Of a stretch of 64,000 nucleotides of DNA, positions 22,931 to 34,908 are shown one piece after another. The notes beneath the pieces were generated by a model, which saw only the letters and a program-made list of their open reading frames with translations, was not told the origin of the DNA and did no database searches. The position numbers and the translations under genes were made by a program. Location of the stretch: the NCBI GenBank assembly GCA_034226945.1, contig CP120458.1:868001-932000 (forward strand), in the 5' to 3' direction. Source of the stretch: Picochlorum sp. SENEW3. Taxonomy: Eukaryota. Within the stretch, counting starts at the first letter, position 1; each line of letters starts with the position of its first letter.

Positions 22931-23872
22931 ATGCCTGTATCAGTCAATGTGGTAGGAATCGGTCACATGATTCTGAGTACTCGTCGAGTCTTCGGATCCA
23001 CACCACCAACAGCAAGAAGAAGACTGCTACGAGCCACACAAAGGGCACATGTCTCTCATCCGGGCGATCAGGTTGCAGCATTCCATCGAAGGAAGATTGT
23101 GACTGCGGCTCCATTTATAGTGCCAATGCTGCTGGCCGGTGGTAGGTCAATGGCTAGTACTGTCTCATCCTACCCAGAAAAAGCAGAGGATGTTTTGGTC
23201 AATCCAAAGTTTCCGGAAGCATGGCCCTACGGTCCCGAGGCCTTTCAGCGCTATGACGAGTCTCCAGATTCCCAGTTCTATGGCGAGCCTCGTTTTGTGA
23301 CTCATATTGACGACATGGCCATCAAAGCATTGACTGAGTTTTATGAAACATCCTTTCCAAAATCTGGGACGCCTGGTACTGCATTGCTAGACATGTGCTC
23401 TTCTTGGATCAGTCATTATCCAAAAGGATATAAGGCGGATAGAATTTCTGGTGCTGGTATGAATGAAGAAGAGTTGAAGAGGAATAGTGCACTGACAGAT
23501 TATGTGGTGCAGGATTTGAATGAGAATCCATTACTTCCATATGAAGACAACACGTTTGACGTTGTGACAAATGCCGTGTCGATTGATTATATGAATAAAC
23601 CTTTGGAAGTGATGAAAGAAGTACATAGAGTGTTGAAACCAGGGGGTCTGGCAATCATGTCTTTTTCAAACAGATGCTTCCCAACAAAAGCTGTAGCTGT
23701 GTGGACGAGCACTGGAGATTTGGATCATATTTGGATTGTGGGGTCGTATTTCCACTATGCTGGTGGATTTGAACCGCCTATGGCAAAAGAAATCACCAAA
23801 AAGGGTCTCTTGGGGAGAACAGGGGATCCCATGTATGTTGTTTGTTCCAGGAAACAAAACGTTGACTTATGA
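22931..23872 (+). CDS. Class I SAM-dependent methyltransferase (plastid/cyanobacterial type)
   Basis: FYGEPRFVTHIDD, LDMCSSWISH, VLKPGG, FSNRCFPTKA. Confidence 0.9.
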   Translation: MPVSVNVVGIGHMILSTRRVFGSTPPTARRRLLRATQRAHVSHPGDQVAAFHRRKIVTAAPFIVPMLLAGGRSMASTVSSYPEKAEDVLVNPKFPEAWPYGPEAFQRYDESPDSQFYGEPRFVTHIDDMAIKALTEFYETSFPKSGTPGTALLDMCSSWISHYPKGYKADRISGAGMNEEELKRNSALTDYVVQDLNENPLLPYEDNTFDVVTNAVSIDYMNKPLEVMKEVHRVLKPGGLAIMSFSNRCFPTKAVAVWTSTGDLDHIWIVGSYFHYAGGFEPPMAKEITKKGLLGRTGDPMYVVCSRKQNVDL

Positions 23873-24009
23873 AAAGGAAAATAAAAGTATGGGTTTACAT
23901 CAATAACAATATATGATGATCTCCTGCACATTCATTCATCAGTAACCTTGAAATATATATGGTGTTGAATGCGCTCAAAAAGTAAGTATACACTAAACAA
24001 AAAAGGATT

Positions 24010-27000
24010 CTACTGCTCCTCTTTAAGAACTGCAGACACGCGCTGCAAGTTTCCGGCAACACGCTCAACTTCTCCAATTTGTTCATTGAGTTTTCTTTTA
24101 TCTTCCTCATCAATGTAATCTCCCACATCTTCTGTAGCCTTTCTGATATCTGCAATTGTGTTTTCTGGAAGAGGTGTGGGTGATGGTCTGTCCAGAGGGC
24201 TGATTGATGTTCTTGCAGTTGCAAGGGTCTGAGAAACTCTTGCAAGTGATGGTGGGGCCTTTCCTGACATTTTCTTGGACACAAGTCTTTCGATTCCTGA
24301 GATGGCAGAATCAATCTTTCTTCCGAGCAACTTCTTCTCCACCCTTCCCGTTGCTTCTGGGCCAATATCAGCATCAGAAGGCTTGGCTGCAGATCTGACA
24401 TTCACAAGAGCTGCAGTCCTTGCCTGGAAGATATCAAACTTGAGCAAGAACCAATACAAGATCACCTTCATCAAATCTTGTACGAAGAAGAAGACAATAC
24501 AGTAAATCCATACCCACAGCGGCCACAAATTATACTCCTCAAATGGAGAGTTGTCATCATGGACATTGAGACCTTGCACCTGAACACCGTCAATCTGACC
24601 CTTTGGCCACAAACATCCCAAGATTGTCGAGATACCAAGTGCAAGCGTTGCAGCAGCAAAGAGAATCAGTCCTGGTCTATGACTCCAGAAGCCTCCTGGA
24701 CTAGTTCTGGCAGCAAACAATGTCAAGAAATCTGAGAGCGATACCTTGAGATAAATCAATGTGACAATCTGGCCATAGGCTGGAACTGGAAGTCCCCATT
24801 CTTCAAACAATGATCCGCAGCTTGGAGAGTCCAATGCTGCCCATAACATGAGCAGGGATGTTCCCATGGACACAAAGCCCAAGACTGCTGATGCTGTGAA
24901 CAAAACTCTGAGGTTCCACTTTTCTGGTCTGGGAGATGGGTTTGCTCTGTCATATCCAACAGAAATGAGGGTACCATCGTTCAACACGGTAATCAGAAGA
25001 AGCAAGATGACTGGAAGCTGGAAGAAGGCTGGGCATTTCACCTCGTAGTCACATGTCTCAACATAATTGTCAACACACTCGCTGTATCCATCCTCATTGA
25101 ACCTCACAGTGTTAGTCACACCATTCCTGCATATATTAATATATCCAGTCTTGATATCGTGCGTCTCTCCATCTGTTGATGTATAGGTATTGATTTCATT
25201 GAAGCAGTAGTACTTGTCTGGTGGGAATGCAAAGACTGTAATGAAGAAGAAGATGAGGAGCTGCAATGTAGCAGCAATACGGTAGTTGATAAAGTTCTGC
25301 ACTCTCTGGAAAATGCATCTGGCCACAAAGATGGCATGAATCAGAACGGAAAGTCCTGGCTCTGTGAGAACAATATCAGCTGCTGCCCTTGCTGCATCAG
25401 TCGCACCAGACACTGCAATTCCAACATCAGCTCTCTTTAATGCTGGAGCATCATTCACACCATCACCAGTCATACCAACAGCAAATCCTTGCTGCCTTAA
25501 TGCTTCAACAATAAGGTATTTGTGCTCTGGGAACACCTGTGCAAATCCATCTGCTTCAAGAATGAACTTTCCATACTTTTCCTTCAAATCAGCAGGTGCT
25601 TTGCCATTCTCATCAAGCTCTGGCAAACCTGCTGCATCAGGGATATTGGTTCCCAAACCAAGAATTCTACTCATTTCCTTGGCAATCAGAACCTGATCAC
25701 CAGTGACCATCTTCACATCCACGCCAGCCTCCAAGGCAGCATCAATGGTTGCCTTTGTATCTGGTCTTGGTGGGTCCAGGAAGGTCAACACACCAAGAAT
25801 GGCCCATTCAGACATGTTTGCATCCGTTGTGATGGCCACAGAAAGGCATCGAATTCCCTTTGCCCCCTGAATCTGCACCTCTGCTCTCACTCTCTCGCGA
25901 ATAGTCTCATCCGTTGTCAATGCTGCCACAATCTGTGGCGCACCCTTGGTCACCTTGAAGGTCTTTCCATCAGGTCCCTTGATTGTCGATTCTGTTCTCT
26001 TCAAAATAGGATCAAATGGCATATGATCAAGCATTTCATAGCTTTCCAAAGCACCCAAGTCAGCAACCCCCAACACCATTGTATCCAATGCATCCTTGGC
26101 AGGCTCCTTCCACTTGGCAGCAAGTGCAGCGTACTGCACAACAGACTTCATATCCTTTGCATATTCAGAATATGTTGGGCAATGCTCTTGGATCATCATT
26201 GTATTCAATGTCAATGTTCCAGTCTTGTCTGAGCACAACATATTCATTCCAGCCATCTCCTCAATCGAAGCAAGGCGAGTCACAATGGCACCGTGCTTGG
26301 AGAGCTGGCGAGATCCCAATGCAAGAGTTGTCGTACAAACAATCTCAATGGCAATAGGAATGGAAGCGACAAGCAACACCACTGCGAAAGAAAGAGCCTT
26401 GGTAAATGGCTCACCCTCTGCCACTGTCAAGTAGATGAGGGCAGTAATACAGAGTGTCAAAGACATGATAATCAACACGGCCATGATCTTCAAAAGCAAT
26501 TTTTGAAGAGATCCAAGATCATCATCACCAGAAAGCAACATGGCAGTTTTACCGAAAAAGGTATTCTTTCCAGTAAACTCCACTGTTCCCTCCACCTCAC
26601 CTCTGGTGATTGTACTTCCCATCTTTGGTTGAGATCCCCTCACCATTGTGACAGGAAGAGATTCACCGGTCAAAGCAGATTGATCGACTTCAATACGTCC
26701 CTCATTGACAATACAGTCAGCTGGCACGGCAGCTCCAGCACAGAGAAGCACCAAATCACCAGGCACAATCTGTGTTGCATCCATCTCCTGCCACTTTCCA
26801 TTACGCTTCGCAGTTGCCTTGGGCTTCAAAGAAGCCTTCAACGCAGCTACAGCGTCAGCAGCCTTGATTGTTTCATACCATCCCAAGGTGGCATTCAAGA
26901 ACTGGATGCCCAACAGGATGATGGCATCAATCCAGTTGGTTCCAGGACTTCCCTCTTGCACTTGGTTAGCAATGGTAATACCCACTTCGACAAAAATAGC

Positions 27001-27451
27001 AATCCAAATCATAATAGGCATTGGTGCCACAAGCAACTTGAGGTAGATCACCAGCTTGGATGTCTTCTTCTCCACAAGTTCGTTTGGTCCATACTCGGCC
27101 AACAACTTTGCAGCCTCTGCATGCATATGCGATTTCATTGTTAGGCGCATGTGGGTGCCACCAAAATCATTTTGAATACTTTAAAATAATTGCATCACGC
27201 ATGCATTCCAATTAACGCCACTAACACAAGCAAGCCTGCGAATCTGTGCGCAACGACGCACCGTCGTCCGTGAGCCCTGTGGAGGCCTCAAAGTCCTCTA
27301 GCTTATCCTCGTGTGACAATGATTTTTTGACATCATCTTGAGGATTGTGGCCAGTTAATTTGTCCTTCTCCTGGCGAGCAAACTCAGCCAAGTCCTCCCC
27401 AACTTCCTTGAGGTCTTCGCCGACCTTTTTCAGATCGTCCTTTTTTCCCAT
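24010..27451 (-). CDS. Plasma-membrane P3A H+-ATPase
   Basis: DQSALTGES, CSDKTGTLT, KGAP, DPPRPDT, MTGDGVNDAPALK; 5' exon MGKKDDLKK... at 27451. Confidence 0.96.
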
Positions 27452-27822
27452 CTGAATGCACTTCGATAGGGAAAAATATAGGTGATACGTCCCTCAGAAC
27501 CAAATAATTCTGAAGATTTCTGCGCGTGGCCTTGTGATGGAATGGGTCATGCATGCAATCCATCTTACCCTACCTGGATAAAATGGGTACAGATGATCCG
27601 ATCAAGTGCCTCAACTGACCGAGTACAGTGCATGGAAAGGATACGAAAGCCCTGGGATGTGCCCACCACAAATAGGGTAAGGTATTTTTCGTTACCTTTA
27701 AGGTGTAATACATGTAATACATGATTCACATCAACATATACATCTCTTTGATTGACATCTTTCAGAAGGCACCAAGAAACGTGGTGGTACTGTACGTGTC
27801 TGGCGAAAGAGACATGCTACAG

Positions 27823-28710
27823 TCATGAGTCCCTCATCACACTGCCATCGTTCAATATAAGAACCCTTTCCGGATCCACACCGGACGAAAATCGCTCCAA
27901 TGACGCACTCATTCTGGCTGGATTAATGGAGACTTTCTCAACTCGGTTGACAATTCTATTCAATTCTCCATACAGCGGCTGGAATTCATGTGGAGGAGGG
28001 ACCTTGTCTCCCTCTAGAATATCCTTGGCAGAAGCAGTCCCATACAGCACTGTGTTCTTCTCCGTGTCTACTGCCATACTACCCTTCATAAAAGAAACGC
28101 CAAAAATAGGTCCATGTACCAAACTCGTGCTCACCATATCGATACCCTCGCCAAAAGGAATGGTGAGCACATCTGTCTTCTCACTCATTCCCGACCCACA
28201 CGACGAGGCAAATTCAATCCCGTGGAGAGGACGAGACCCGTCACCTGCTAAAAACGATTGCTCAAATTCCATCGTCGTGCATACAGAGAAGACAGACCGT
28301 GTCTCCTTGCCAAACATGAGCCCAGCCCCTTTGAACTGAAATTTGACAAACAGGGGTGCACTCCATCTCGTTAGGGATTCGTGAGGCGATGGTAATCTGC
28401 ATGCACATGTATCATGGATTGTCACACATATAGATCTTCAAGTGAATCAGAGAATGCAATAATGACAGTACCTTTTAAGGAGAATCCCTTGTCCTTGCAT
28501 AGTTCCATACAGGCAACTCGTTGTCTTGACAGAGTACACCAGGACAGTCTTTGCCATTTCAATTATCCAGGGTTTCAAAGGACTTTCATCAAAGGATGGC
28601 CTCCCTGATGTCTCTATATTGCCCTGCTGCACAATGTGACGAATTATATCTTCTGCTTGCTGACATTCGTGAGCAAACTGTCTATGCACGGCATCATTTA
28701 CATTCGACAT
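27823..28710 (-). CDS. SYLF/Ysc84-domain lipid-binding protein (multi-exon)
   Basis: WSAP...GAGLMFG, GPIFGVSF.GS......N..LYG....DILEG.V.PP....LY. Confidence 0.7.
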
Positions 28711-29045
28711 GGTTCATTCAGTGATTAGTTTTCATCTAGTACTATTTTTGATACATAATGGCGTGGCTGAGGAGATGCAGATGTTGTCCCAATATCTACC
28801 CTTGTAGAAGATCCGCCACGTGGCGGTCGAGATTTTTTTTTAATTCCGACACTTGCCTTCATGCGATTGGGTCGATTTGAAGTCACAATCATCACCATCG
28901 TGAGAGAGCCCCAATCATTATACATACGTGGTGCATTGCTCTCGCCATTGGCGCAACGCAAAGCAACAGCAGAGAAGGAGAGCAAGCCTTGTTCAGTGCA
29001 ACAAGGGCAGAGCAGCAGCCCAAACAAACCCAAAAGAATACCGTC

Positions 29046-29597
29046 ATGTATATTTCATACAGCGCTCTACTTCCAGCAGTAGCAGGATATTTATTCACAT
29101 TTTATAATACGAAAAAAACGGATGAACGGAAGGCTCAGATTGATAGGATTAATGAACAGGTTAAAGATTTGTACGGTCCTCTGCTTGCCTGCATTTCTGC
29201 CAGTAAGACGAGTTATGACGCCATGATACGCCAACATAGCCCAGACGGGACGGTATCTAGCTTTGTTCGTGCTATTCAACAGAATCCAAAGGGGGAACAG
29301 GGGCATGCGTACAGGCATTGGATCAAGACTGTGTTGATGCCATTGAACCAAAAGGCTGCTGATGTCATCATCAACAATTTAAATCTGTTAGAGTCTGCGA
29401 CCATACCGGCGAGTATGCTGCAGTTTGTAGCGCATGTTTCTTCGTTGAAAGTTGTGATTCAGCAATGGGACCAAGGGTACTTGGGGGAGCGGTCTCAGAT
29501 TCCATATCCAGATGATTTGATGGAGCTTGTGTCTGCTGATTTCAAGCGGATCAAGAAGAAGCAGCAAGATCTATTGGGTATGAGCTCCAAGTTGTAG
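29046..29597 (+). CDS. Hypothetical protein with N-terminal membrane anchor
   Basis: GYLFTFYN..RKAQIDRINEQVKDLYGPL, FVAHV, YP motifs; intronless. Confidence 0.7.
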   Translation: MYISYSALLPAVAGYLFTFYNTKKTDERKAQIDRINEQVKDLYGPLLACISASKTSYDAMIRQHSPDGTVSSFVRAIQQNPKGEQGHAYRHWIKTVLMPLNQKAADVIINNLNLLESATIPASMLQFVAHVSSLKVVIQQWDQGYLGERSQIPYPDDLMELVSADFKRIKKKQQDLLGMSSKL

Positions 29598-29648
29598 ATA
29601 CAATATACATACGAATGTAGTATTACAATAAAATTGTAGATGGATGGA

Positions 29649-30283
29649 TTATGCCTCGAGGGCTTTGATCACAAACTGGACGTGCTTTTCTGGATCAAAT
29701 TGATTGTTGAAGACTCCCTTGACAGTGCCATCCTTGCCGATGACGTACGTCTCGCGTCCTGGTAAGAGTCCAAAAAGATCCTTTGGTACTCCAAACTTCT
29801 CACGGACGCTTCCATCTTCATCGGAAAGGAGTGTGTATGACAGGCCTAATGAGGAGCAGAAGTTGGAATGGCTTTCTGGATCATCACTTGAAATACCATA
29901 TACTTTGGCAATTTTTCCGATCTGGGCATAGGCATCTTCAAACGCCTTTGCCTCACGAGTGCATCCTGGAGTATTATCTTTTGGATAAAAGAAAACGACG
30001 GTTGGCTTTGCACCAATGAGTCCACCATACTCTACTTTCACAGTCTTTCCATTCTGCATGCAGGGACATAAGCCGTGTGATGTATTGATCCAGATGATAT
30101 CCATGTCTAAATACAGATCATATGTTCAAGAATCCATACCTGATTCTTCAATGAGAATGCTGGTGCCTTGTCGCCAACCTTGAGAGAGGCTTGTGGACTG
30201 ACTGTCCTCCTGACAGGTCTTGCGCTCGAGGAAATTGCCACCTTTGATGGCACATTGGCACGCATTCCAGTCAATTTCATCAT
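29649..30283 (-). CDS. PRXQ: Peroxiredoxin Q/BCP, plastid
   Basis: LKVGDKAPAFSLKNQ, then an intron, then FFYPKDNTPGCT and GLLPGRETYVI. Confidence 0.9.
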
Positions 30284-30574
30284 TTTTATGAGATTGTAGA
30301 GTAATAATGAAAACTGAGTGGGATCGGTTGGCGCATCGTCGTTTGTGATTCTGTGGCTCTCAGATTGGTGCAACCAGGGCGCCCAGAGAGCACTGAGAAC
30401 AATCCGGCACACGCCAGGATTCTTTTCGAATGAAATTGATCCAGTGTGCATTGCATACATAATTTATTATTATCCCATCAGTCATGTTGATTTAACGATA
30501 GAATACGCGTTCTTGTATTGTTGGGCTCTGGAGTTTCGAAATCATTCTGCAAGACAAATCTCACGGACTACCCA

Positions 30575-31687
30575 ATGATACGATTGTGTGGTCTCAGTAG
30601 CAGTAGTAGTCATCGTTTATACCAAACGGGGATACGCCATGTTGGTCGCGTAGAGAATGGCTTTGTCAATGTTGTTGCCAAGTCAGGAGCAAGTTCTTCT
30701 TCTTCTTCCTCCTCTACATTGTCTGACCTCATCGGCACGGTGTCTGATCCAGAGCATCGTGTTCTGAATATTGAGCGATCTATTCAAAGCTCAGAGGATA
30801 TCGTGGGTATTTTGACACGGTGTTCTGTGTCAGATATTTTGACAGTTGTTGACAGTGCTGGAGGGAGTGAGGAAAAGGAAGGAAGACCCTTTTCTTTTCA
30901 TCGTGATGGTGATAGTGTGTTGGGCAATGATAAGATTCCTAGATATTGGAGGGGTTCTTTTGAATCAGTTCCATCCTACATGGGGCAGTACGATGTTATT
31001 ATTTGCAACATGGGGAACAGTGCAGAGACCCTTCGGGATGATTTGCTTAAAAGTAGCCTTGTGACTCGCCCAGGAGGATCTATAATTTTATGGAGTAATG
31101 ATGTGTCCGAAAGCTTTTCACGGGACATGCTTGAGAAGGTTGTGCATGATTTGTGTATTGATGTTGTGGATGTTGGCTGCTCCTCTGGTTCTGTTGCACA
31201 TCTGAGAGTGCCCAAGAACTATGCGTTTGCCAGGGGCCCAGTGTATATGAAGGGTGAAATTGTGCAAGGATATGGGAGAGGAAGTAAAGAGTTGGGAGTT
31301 CCAACAGCGAATTTGGCCGTCCCTGATGTCGAGGAGCAGATTGCAGGGCTGCCACTGGGGGTGTATTTTGGTTGGGCTCAGCTCTTGGACTCGGACAATG
31401 GCGTGTATAAAATGGTGATGAATATAGGAAAGAGGCCAACATTTGTCAAAGATAATTCGCCAGATAGCAGTGTAGAGGCTCATGTGATGCATTCGTATGA
31501 CCATGACTTTTATGGGGAGACCATGAAGGTTGTTCTCCTCGGGTATCTGAGACCAGAGATTCCATTTTCAGGACTGCAGGAACTCTTAAATAGAATACAT
31601 GCGGATATTGGTATATCAAGAACTCAATTAGATAGCGAAAAATGGAGTGAGTTCGCGAATGATGAGTTTTTTAACGGCCAAGGTTAA
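30575..31687 (+). CDS. RFK: Riboflavin kinase with a non-HAD N-terminal domain
   Basis: GYGRGSKELGVPTAN, GVYFGWA, MNIGKRPTF, EAH, GYLRPE. Confidence 0.88.
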   Translation: MIRLCGLSSSSSHRLYQTGIRHVGRVENGFVNVVAKSGASSSSSSSSTLSDLIGTVSDPEHRVLNIERSIQSSEDIVGILTRCSVSDILTVVDSAGGSEEKEGRPFSFHRDGDSVLGNDKIPRYWRGSFESVPSYMGQYDVIICNMGNSAETLRDDLLKSSLVTRPGGSIILWSNDVSESFSRDMLEKVVHDLCIDVVDVGCSSGSVAHLRVPKNYAFARGPVYMKGEIVQGYGRGSKELGVPTANLAVPDVEEQIAGLPLGVYFGWAQLLDSDNGVYKMVMNIGKRPTFVKDNSPDSSVEAHVMHSYDHDFYGETMKVVLLGYLRPEIPFSGLQELLNRIHADIGISRTQLDSEKWSEFANDEFFNGQG

Positions 31688-31865
31688 AGAGGTTGATTCC
31701 CTGCTGTATTGATGCATGGCATGTCTTGGACCGGCCAATAGACTTGGGATGTACCATGGCACTCTTCCCATGGGCATCTCTATTATTGAATAGATATGCG
31801 GACCTTCATACGTTCACATTCTACTAGACGCAAAACATAATCTTTCCAAACGAGAACCCAATAGA

Positions 31866-32438
31866 ATGAAGAAATTCAAAAAGACAAACTCAGTATGCAC
31901 TGCCATGGTTATTGGTGTGGTTGTGACCGGTGCAGATGGCTCCAGGACATTGTCTCAGCGCCTCAAAGCTCCATGTGCTGTCACAGGGACATATTATCCA
32001 TTTAGAACATGTCGAATTAGTGAGAATGATGCCGAGTGTGGAAAAGGCTTCAATGCCTTTGCCACCATGGAAGAGTGCTGCAACATCTCTTTTGGTGATG
32101 AGGGGTGCACCAATTTGGACGACATGGCACGGTGCTGGGTTCCTGGAGAGTATTTCCCAGAAACATCATGTGTACTGAGCTCCAATCCGGAAGAGTGCAA
32201 AGTTGATTGGGGACATTGGAAGACATGGAAAGAGTGCTGTGAGCCAGGCTCTGGAGCATTTGATGGTGGGTGCTCAGCACCAAAGCCCTGCTTTGTAGCC
32301 AAGGACTACTATCCAGAAAAGACATGTGGTTCCGTGACAGACCAAGATATATGTTTACGTGGATGGGGAACATTCAAAGACTACGAATCATGCTGTGAAC
32401 CAGGTGCTGCTTTCGACACTGGCTGCGGTACAGCATGA
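31866..32438 (+). CDS. Secreted Cys-rich protein with three ~52-aa repeats
   Basis: Hydrophobic leader; three copies of C-x5-(Y/F)P-x3-C..C..(W/F)G.....CC...F..GC. Confidence 0.75.
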   Translation: MKKFKKTNSVCTAMVIGVVVTGADGSRTLSQRLKAPCAVTGTYYPFRTCRISENDAECGKGFNAFATMEECCNISFGDEGCTNLDDMARCWVPGEYFPETSCVLSSNPEECKVDWGHWKTWKECCEPGSGAFDGGCSAPKPCFVAKDYYPEKTCGSVTDQDICLRGWGTFKDYESCCEPGAAFDTGCGTA

Positions 32439-32476
32439 TTACCTACTGTTGTTTTCCAAGTATTATTACCATAGTA

Positions 32477-34139
32477 TTATGTATGATTAATGTAACTCTG
32501 CACAGATAGCCGTATGTTCTGCTTGATATCACTACCACATGTAGCAAACATGTCACTAGACTCGACTGCATTGATCACCAAATCTCCAAATTGATGCCCA
32601 AGGTTTTCCAAGGAAATGGCAAGCTCCATCTTCACCACATCAAGAACCGAATCAACTCTCCTGTACGAGTATATCTCTTCACCCGACGCACGCCACCGCA
32701 GACTGCGCGTCCCATGTCTACCGGCAGCTATCCACTGCCCTAGGTGTTTAAGCTCCAGATTCAAACGTGCAATCCAGTACACAATATCCCCAAGCCGTGG
32801 CTCACTAAGTTGCAAAATTCCATACGTATCTTCTTTCACAGACACATATGCCATATCACTAAGGAAACGAACGGAAAGCACAAGAGACTGATGATACCCT
32901 GCAAGCTGCAACAAGCAGTGCATGGCTTCATTCATCACAGCAGAGGGTTTGATGTTTCCCGTCGGTATCGTGTTCCATTTCGCCCCATGCCTATCTTTGA
33001 CAGTATTCTTTGATACCTCGTGCACCTTTTCAATCTCAGAAATCATACCACCCAAAATATCACTGCAGAGAGACGCCAATCTCTTCCATGATACCCCTGA
33101 ATCATCAGCAAATATATCCCGTCTCCTCCATGCCACCTTCTCTTCATCACTTGGAATCAATGACAGATCATATAAGGATATCATGCGCATCATATCTCCT
33201 TTATTCCCATTCAAGCAGTCCTGGAGAGCAGTCATGGCATCTTTGGAGTCATAATCCCTCACTCGAAAGCGCTCAGTCAGCACCACATCTACAATCAAAT
33301 CTCCCAATGACCACAGCACTATGAGAAGCGTCGCTAATAATATATTTAAGAATGAACTATAAATACCGATGGCCCCAGGTGCTCCCAGCACGACTCTGCA
33401 GCCCAAACTGTGCCCCACTGCAGCAACAACTCCTACTGGGATGCCTCTCTGCACAACCCCATCACACCCGTCCCTCCATCGATACCATCTATGTTTGATC
33501 TCGCTGGGAAACACAATCACATCTCGAGACCAAAAGATCAAATGAGTATGATACAACACAGTACAGAAGAATCCCAAGACACTGACATGTAAGCCACCCA
33601 GCCGTGTCCCAAACAAAATCCCTGCACATACACCACATCGTCATCACCACGACCCTTGGCAGGAGATTTAATCACCACAACCTACCACTGATAACCTCTA
33701 AACCAACCACCCCAGAAATATATCGAAGCATCAGGCAGCATGCCTGCACCAGGCACCCCTCAACCGTCGACAAACGCCCCCCCAGCTTCATCAGAGTAGC
33801 TGCAACTATCTGAGGCATATACTGTTCATATGAATTAAAAGTTACTATATGATCATGAATCTGTAGTGAGAATGCGTACGCAAGCGTTTCGAGACCCATG
33901 GATGCCTGGAGAACGCCAACCATCAACCACCACGACCACGACTGCAATCCGATGCCAACTCTAAGAAACGGCACTATAAATGACACTATCCCTTTTAACA
34001 AGCAAATAGAGAACATCAATCCCCATATTGCTATGATACAGCAAGCAAATGCTCCCAACAGTCTCCATCGAAGTACTCTGTTGTCAAAGTACTGAGACGC
34101 ACTCTCCCACGCCTTTGCCATCCCCTTTTCCACCCTCAT
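32477..34139 (-). CDS. NDC1: Nucleoporin NDC1-like transmembrane protein
   Basis: Multi-TM N-terminus; LYDL...RRRDIF; SVKEDTYGILQ; intron near 33630-33680. Confidence 0.7.
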
Positions 34140-34908
34140 ATTCTAGTACATAGTATTTACTAGTATTCAATATGCCGAGGCTGAGCGATATTTGTTGACT
34201 AAAAAAGAGGGAACGATCCAATGCATCTTATTCTAGGAACAAGACATGACTAGCTTGTATTTCTTCTTCTTTATCAGGGAAGGAGGTACAGCAGGAGGTG
34301 GTTCCATCAGCCTGAAACATATATATACAGCCATGATACAAACCCATGATTTTGGTGAGAGTACATACCAGAAGGCGCATCTCCATGGCACCCGAAACCG
34401 TCCTTGCTCCTCTTTGTTTGTATGAGAGATGACAAGCAATCATGGCATCAAACAGATGGATGGACATTGTTATCCCAGCCGGCATCCATGTTCTTAACAG
34501 AAATACTTTATTAAATGTATGCGTTATATGTATGTATATTATCTAGATCGTATGCATACGATCTAGTATGGTCCGACTCCATGCAGCCCTGTTGTCTTTT
34601 GTTGTGCAAGGCATGATTGCATGCTTCATCCAAAGGGTTTCTGTAGATACTCATAGAGATGCATCGTTATCCTATAGTAATTCCACGATCACAATCGTTC
34701 GATTCAGCCCGACGTTGTTTGACCAAGGTTGACGTCAGGGTTGACCCTGCTCTGACCTTTGATGGGAATCCGAAGGCGCGTGACCGAAACCAAGTACTGG
34801 GTACCCATGGTCAACAGCGCTGTCGACATGGTCAACGGTTCATTGATATCAGTCAATAAATTTTAAAAAAAGTTTGATTTTATTTGATCTTTAAAGAGTA
34901 AAAGAGGA

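Noticed and set aside
26293..27144. 283-aa plus-strand ORF and similar long antisense ORFs (e.g. 4684..5358, 6802..7599, 25522..26232)
   Set aside because: Shadow frames opposite well-supported genes.
34228..34485. Small minus-strand gene
   Set aside because: No recognisable motif or confident exon structure.
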